From contig NC_068988.1 of the NCBI RefSeq assembly GCF_001194135.2, positions 81,512,455 to 81,576,454 on the forward strand: DNA of 64,000 nucleotides. The letters are read 5' to 3'. This document shows positions 61,080 to 64,000 of this stretch, one piece after another (within the stretch, counting starts at the first letter, position 1; every line of letters starts with the position of its first letter). The stretch comes from Octopus bimaculoides. Its lineage: Eukaryota. Below the pieces are notes generated by a model. It did not search any database and was not told the DNA's origin. It worked only from the letters and a program-made list of their open reading frames with translations. Position numbers and translations under genes: made by a program.

Positions 61080-62329
61080 TGGGTTGTCCGGAAAGTTCAT
61101 GCTGATTTTTAAAGGAAATTAAAAGATAACTAAATATGAACCATTTTGTTGCACAACCTATTTCTATCTTTCCTTTAACTTAAAGATTCTGTCTTCCCAG
61201 AATTTTGGGGTTTCTTGGCAAAGAACTCATTAAGGTGGTTTTTTTATATCCTCCAAAGAATTACAATTTTTACTATTGTTATTATTTTGCAAGGACCTGC
61301 ATAAATGAAAATCTGAAAGAGCAATGTCTGGTGAATATGGCAGGTGGGGTAACACATCCCAGCCAAGCTGCAACAATTTTTTATGGGTTGCCAAAAAAAC
61401 ATGAGGCCTGGAATTATCCTGATGGAAAACAACACCTTTCCTGTTCACCAATTCTGAGCATTTTTTCTTAAATTGCTGCCTTTAAATCATCCAGTTGCAA
61501 GCAGTACTTTGAATTGACTGGTTACTTGGCAGAAGCTCATAGTACAGGGTTCCTTTCCAATCCCACCAGATGTAGAGCATGACTTTCTTGGGATGAAGAC
61601 CTGCTTTTGGGTTGGCTAAAGGTGGCCCATGTTGCTTATCCCAGGATCTTTTTTGCTGAACATTGTTGTAAACAATCCATTTCTCATCACCCATCACAAT
61701 TTGCCTTAAAAGGGGTACATTTTCATTGTGTTTATATATAAATCACAGATAGAAATGCGACCCAAAAGATTCTTTTCACTCAAACCATGTGGTACCCAAA
61801 CATTGTAGCGATTTGAGTACCCAAGCTTCTCTAAGCACTTATGGATGGTGGATTTTGATAAATTTAATGTTTCTGCCAATTCCCACATTGTGTAATGTGG
61901 GTTATTCTCAATCAATGTCTTGATTTTGGTTGTCTTCTGAAGTAAGGATTCTGCCTGAGTGTTCTTCATCAATAAGGTTACAATCACCAACATTAAACTT
62001 AGCAAACCACTTCCGTACAGTTCTGTCGGCTAAAGCACCTTCACTGTACACAGCACATATCGTTTTTGTTGCATCCAAGGTATTTTTGTCTTTACAGTAA
62101 AAAAAAAAAGCATCAAGTGCCTAAAATGCACCTTATAATCTTCCATTGTCATAGGGATGCAAACTTGACATGAGTTAAGTAATTTTAAACTTCCTTTTTC
62201 AAGAGATAGTTTGAAGTGTGTGCTAACTGGAAATGTAAAGATACCATGTGTTGATAAATTTGATGTGTTCTAACGTGTTGGAACATGAACGGCTGAAGAA
62301 AATCAGGATGAACTTTTCAGACAACCCAA
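61079..62329 (-). mobile_element. Full-length decayed mariner (mellifera-subfamily-like, D,D34D)
   Basis: TIRs ttgggttgtccggaaagttcatgctgatttt / aaaatcaggatgaacttttcagacaacccaa|TA; ATG at 62146 (MEDYKVHFRHLMLF); WVPHGL, GDEKW, HQDNSRPH, YSPDIALSDFHL; frameshifts. Confidence 0.95.
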
Positions 62330-62339
62330 TATATATATC

Positions 62340-62564
62340 TTTTATTCTTTATCTTTTAATTGTTTCAGTCATTAGACTGTGGCCATGCTGGGACACTGCC
62401 TTGAAGAATTTTAGACAAACCAATCGACCATAGTACTTCTTTTCTATTTTGTTTTCTAAGCCTGGTACTTATTCTATCAGTTACTTTTGCTGAATTGCTA
62501 AGTTATGGGGACATAATACCTGTTGTCAAATATTCAACAGTCAGGGACAAACACAGGTGCAACA

Positions 62565-62604
<40 letters not shown>

Positions 62605-62760
62605 CCATATTTGATAGGTGTCTTTCAGTTTTCATTTAGCAAATCCATTCAAAAGGTCAGCCTGGTGCTATAATGGAAGATACTTGTCTAAAGTAACATG
62701 CAATGGAACTGAACCCAAGACCACCTTGTTGGAAAGCAAGCTTCTTAAGCACACAGCCAT
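62340..62760 (-). mobile_element. SINE family A, full length, decayed
   Basis: gtttcagtcattagactgtggccatgctggg through actgaacccaagacc..cttaagcacacagcc. Confidence 0.82.
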
Positions 62761-62899
62761 ACCTAAACCTATGGTGTAGAAGTGATGCATTGAAAACACT
62801 TCCGGGTTTTCATGGGCTGGTTAGATGGATGGAGCTGATATCCAGGTTAATACCTGTATAGGTGCATGCGTGCATGTGTGTGTGTTTATGGAGGAACTG

Positions 62900-63200
62900 G
62901 TTTCAAAGTAGTTAACAATCTGAATTATGCCTAAGGCTCTTAAAGATTATCACAGACAGAGTGGAGTCATTTAAACGTGAACGGTGTGTCAGGTCTATCA
63001 CCCATGATGGGGAAATGTTAAACCAGGGCTGTGCATTAGGCCTATGCCCCATATTAAAGAAGGTATTAAAACTAGGACATGAAATGTTAACTTTGTTACA
63101 CAGATATGACCAAAAAAAATAGCAAAATTGTAGTTGGAAAAACCCCAGTGTATCACTAGTACTTCATTTACAAAACTTAGAGAAGTGACAGGCAAAAGCA
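62900..63200 (+). mobile_element. Possible decayed RT fragment
   Basis: THDGEMLNQGCALG resembles the RTE RT QGC motif; weak. Confidence 0.3.
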
Positions 63201-63689
63201 AATCAGATGGTTTTTGAACTCAGTGTGGCAAGCAAGAAAAGAGGTCTTCCTTAGCACCTTACTGTTTTTGCCACTCCATTACTCTCACTAAAACAGTGTG
63301 TGTGTGTGTGTGTGTGTGTATCTGTGTCTGTGTATTTATGTATCCATGTATGGCCTGGGTCTCCATCAGTTATGGTGACAAGTGTTCCAGTTCCGGTTAA
63401 TCCATTCTACTGAAAAGCCTGCTCCTGAAATTAATGTTTAAGAGACTGACTACTCCACTAAAAAGCACACCCTTAACATAGTTCTCAACAAGATTCAGGC
63501 ATGAAACAGAATGGAGAAAAGTCGGCCCTTTGAAATACAAGTATGACTCATTTTTGCCAGCTGAGTGAACTGTAGCAATGTGAAATGAAGATCCTGCTCA
63601 AATTCACAACACTCCATCAGGTATCAAACTCAAAACCTTACAATCATGAATGTTACTCTAACCACTAAACCATGCATCTTCATTTATCC

Positions 63690-63759
<70 letters not shown>

Positions 63760-63761
<2 letters not shown>

Positions 63762-63930
63762 CACCCAGTCCACCCTATAAAGTGGTTGGCATTAGGAAGA
63801 GCATCCAACTATAAAACCTGTGCCAAAACAGAATAAAGCCTGGTGTAGTTCTCTGGCTTGTCAGTTCCATGCAAACTGTCCAATTCATGCCAGCATGGAA
63901 AACAGATGTTGATGATGTTGATGATGATAA
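63760..63930 (+). mobile_element. Solo RTE-LINE 3' tail
   Basis: gcacccagtccaccctataaagtggttggcattaggaagagcatcc..catgccagcatggaaaacaga..gatgatg. Confidence 0.8.
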
Positions 63931-64000
63931 TGTGTGTAATTGTATAAAACAAGTAATTAACTGGCATCATATATATGTATATATATATATATATATATAT

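Noticed and set aside
49209-64000. Signal-peptide / first exon of the CUB gene
   Set aside because: Several gtaagt-type donors exist (for example near 50977), but none is preceded by a convincing ATG plus hydrophobic stretch. The exon may be in a gap or outside the window.

Overview
AT-rich, microsatellite-laden animal genomic DNA from a gapped draft assembly (8 N-gaps: 14056-14478, 17316-17807, 25578-26168, 46810-47411, 48671-48742, 49962-50693, 53551-53865, 58828-58948). The repeat content looks like Octopus/coleoid cephalopod; this is an inference from recalled repeat families and was not checked by search. The only host gene I can support is a minus-strand multi-CUB-domain gene. Three of its exons are visible (49028-49208, 43594-43784, 3719-3907), with canonical GT-AG sites and matching phases, and they splice into one open frame (complete CUB1 plus the first half of CUB2) across 5.2 kb and 39.7 kb introns. 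Almost everything else is transposon-derived: RTE LINEs and many solo 3' tails, R4/Dong-type RLE LINE ends, three tRNA-derived SINE families, hAT, piggyBac and mariner MITEs, a full-length decayed mariner, a pogo relic, Helitron-like elements and a Mag-type Ty3/Gypsy provirus with LTRs, PBS and TSD. The most interesting observations are: (1) a ~420 bp element with ~89 bp terminal inverted repeats enclosing a minimal type I hammerhead-ribozyme fold (49522-49941); (2) a C4HC3 PHD finger inserted inside the RT of the RTE LINE; (3) telomere-repeat cassettes framed by perfect inverted repeats inside a Helitron; (4) an alternating Dong-LINE/SINE array built on (ATT)n; (5) variable-copy hairpin arrays in the LINE 3' tails. 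All alignments and counts were done by eye.
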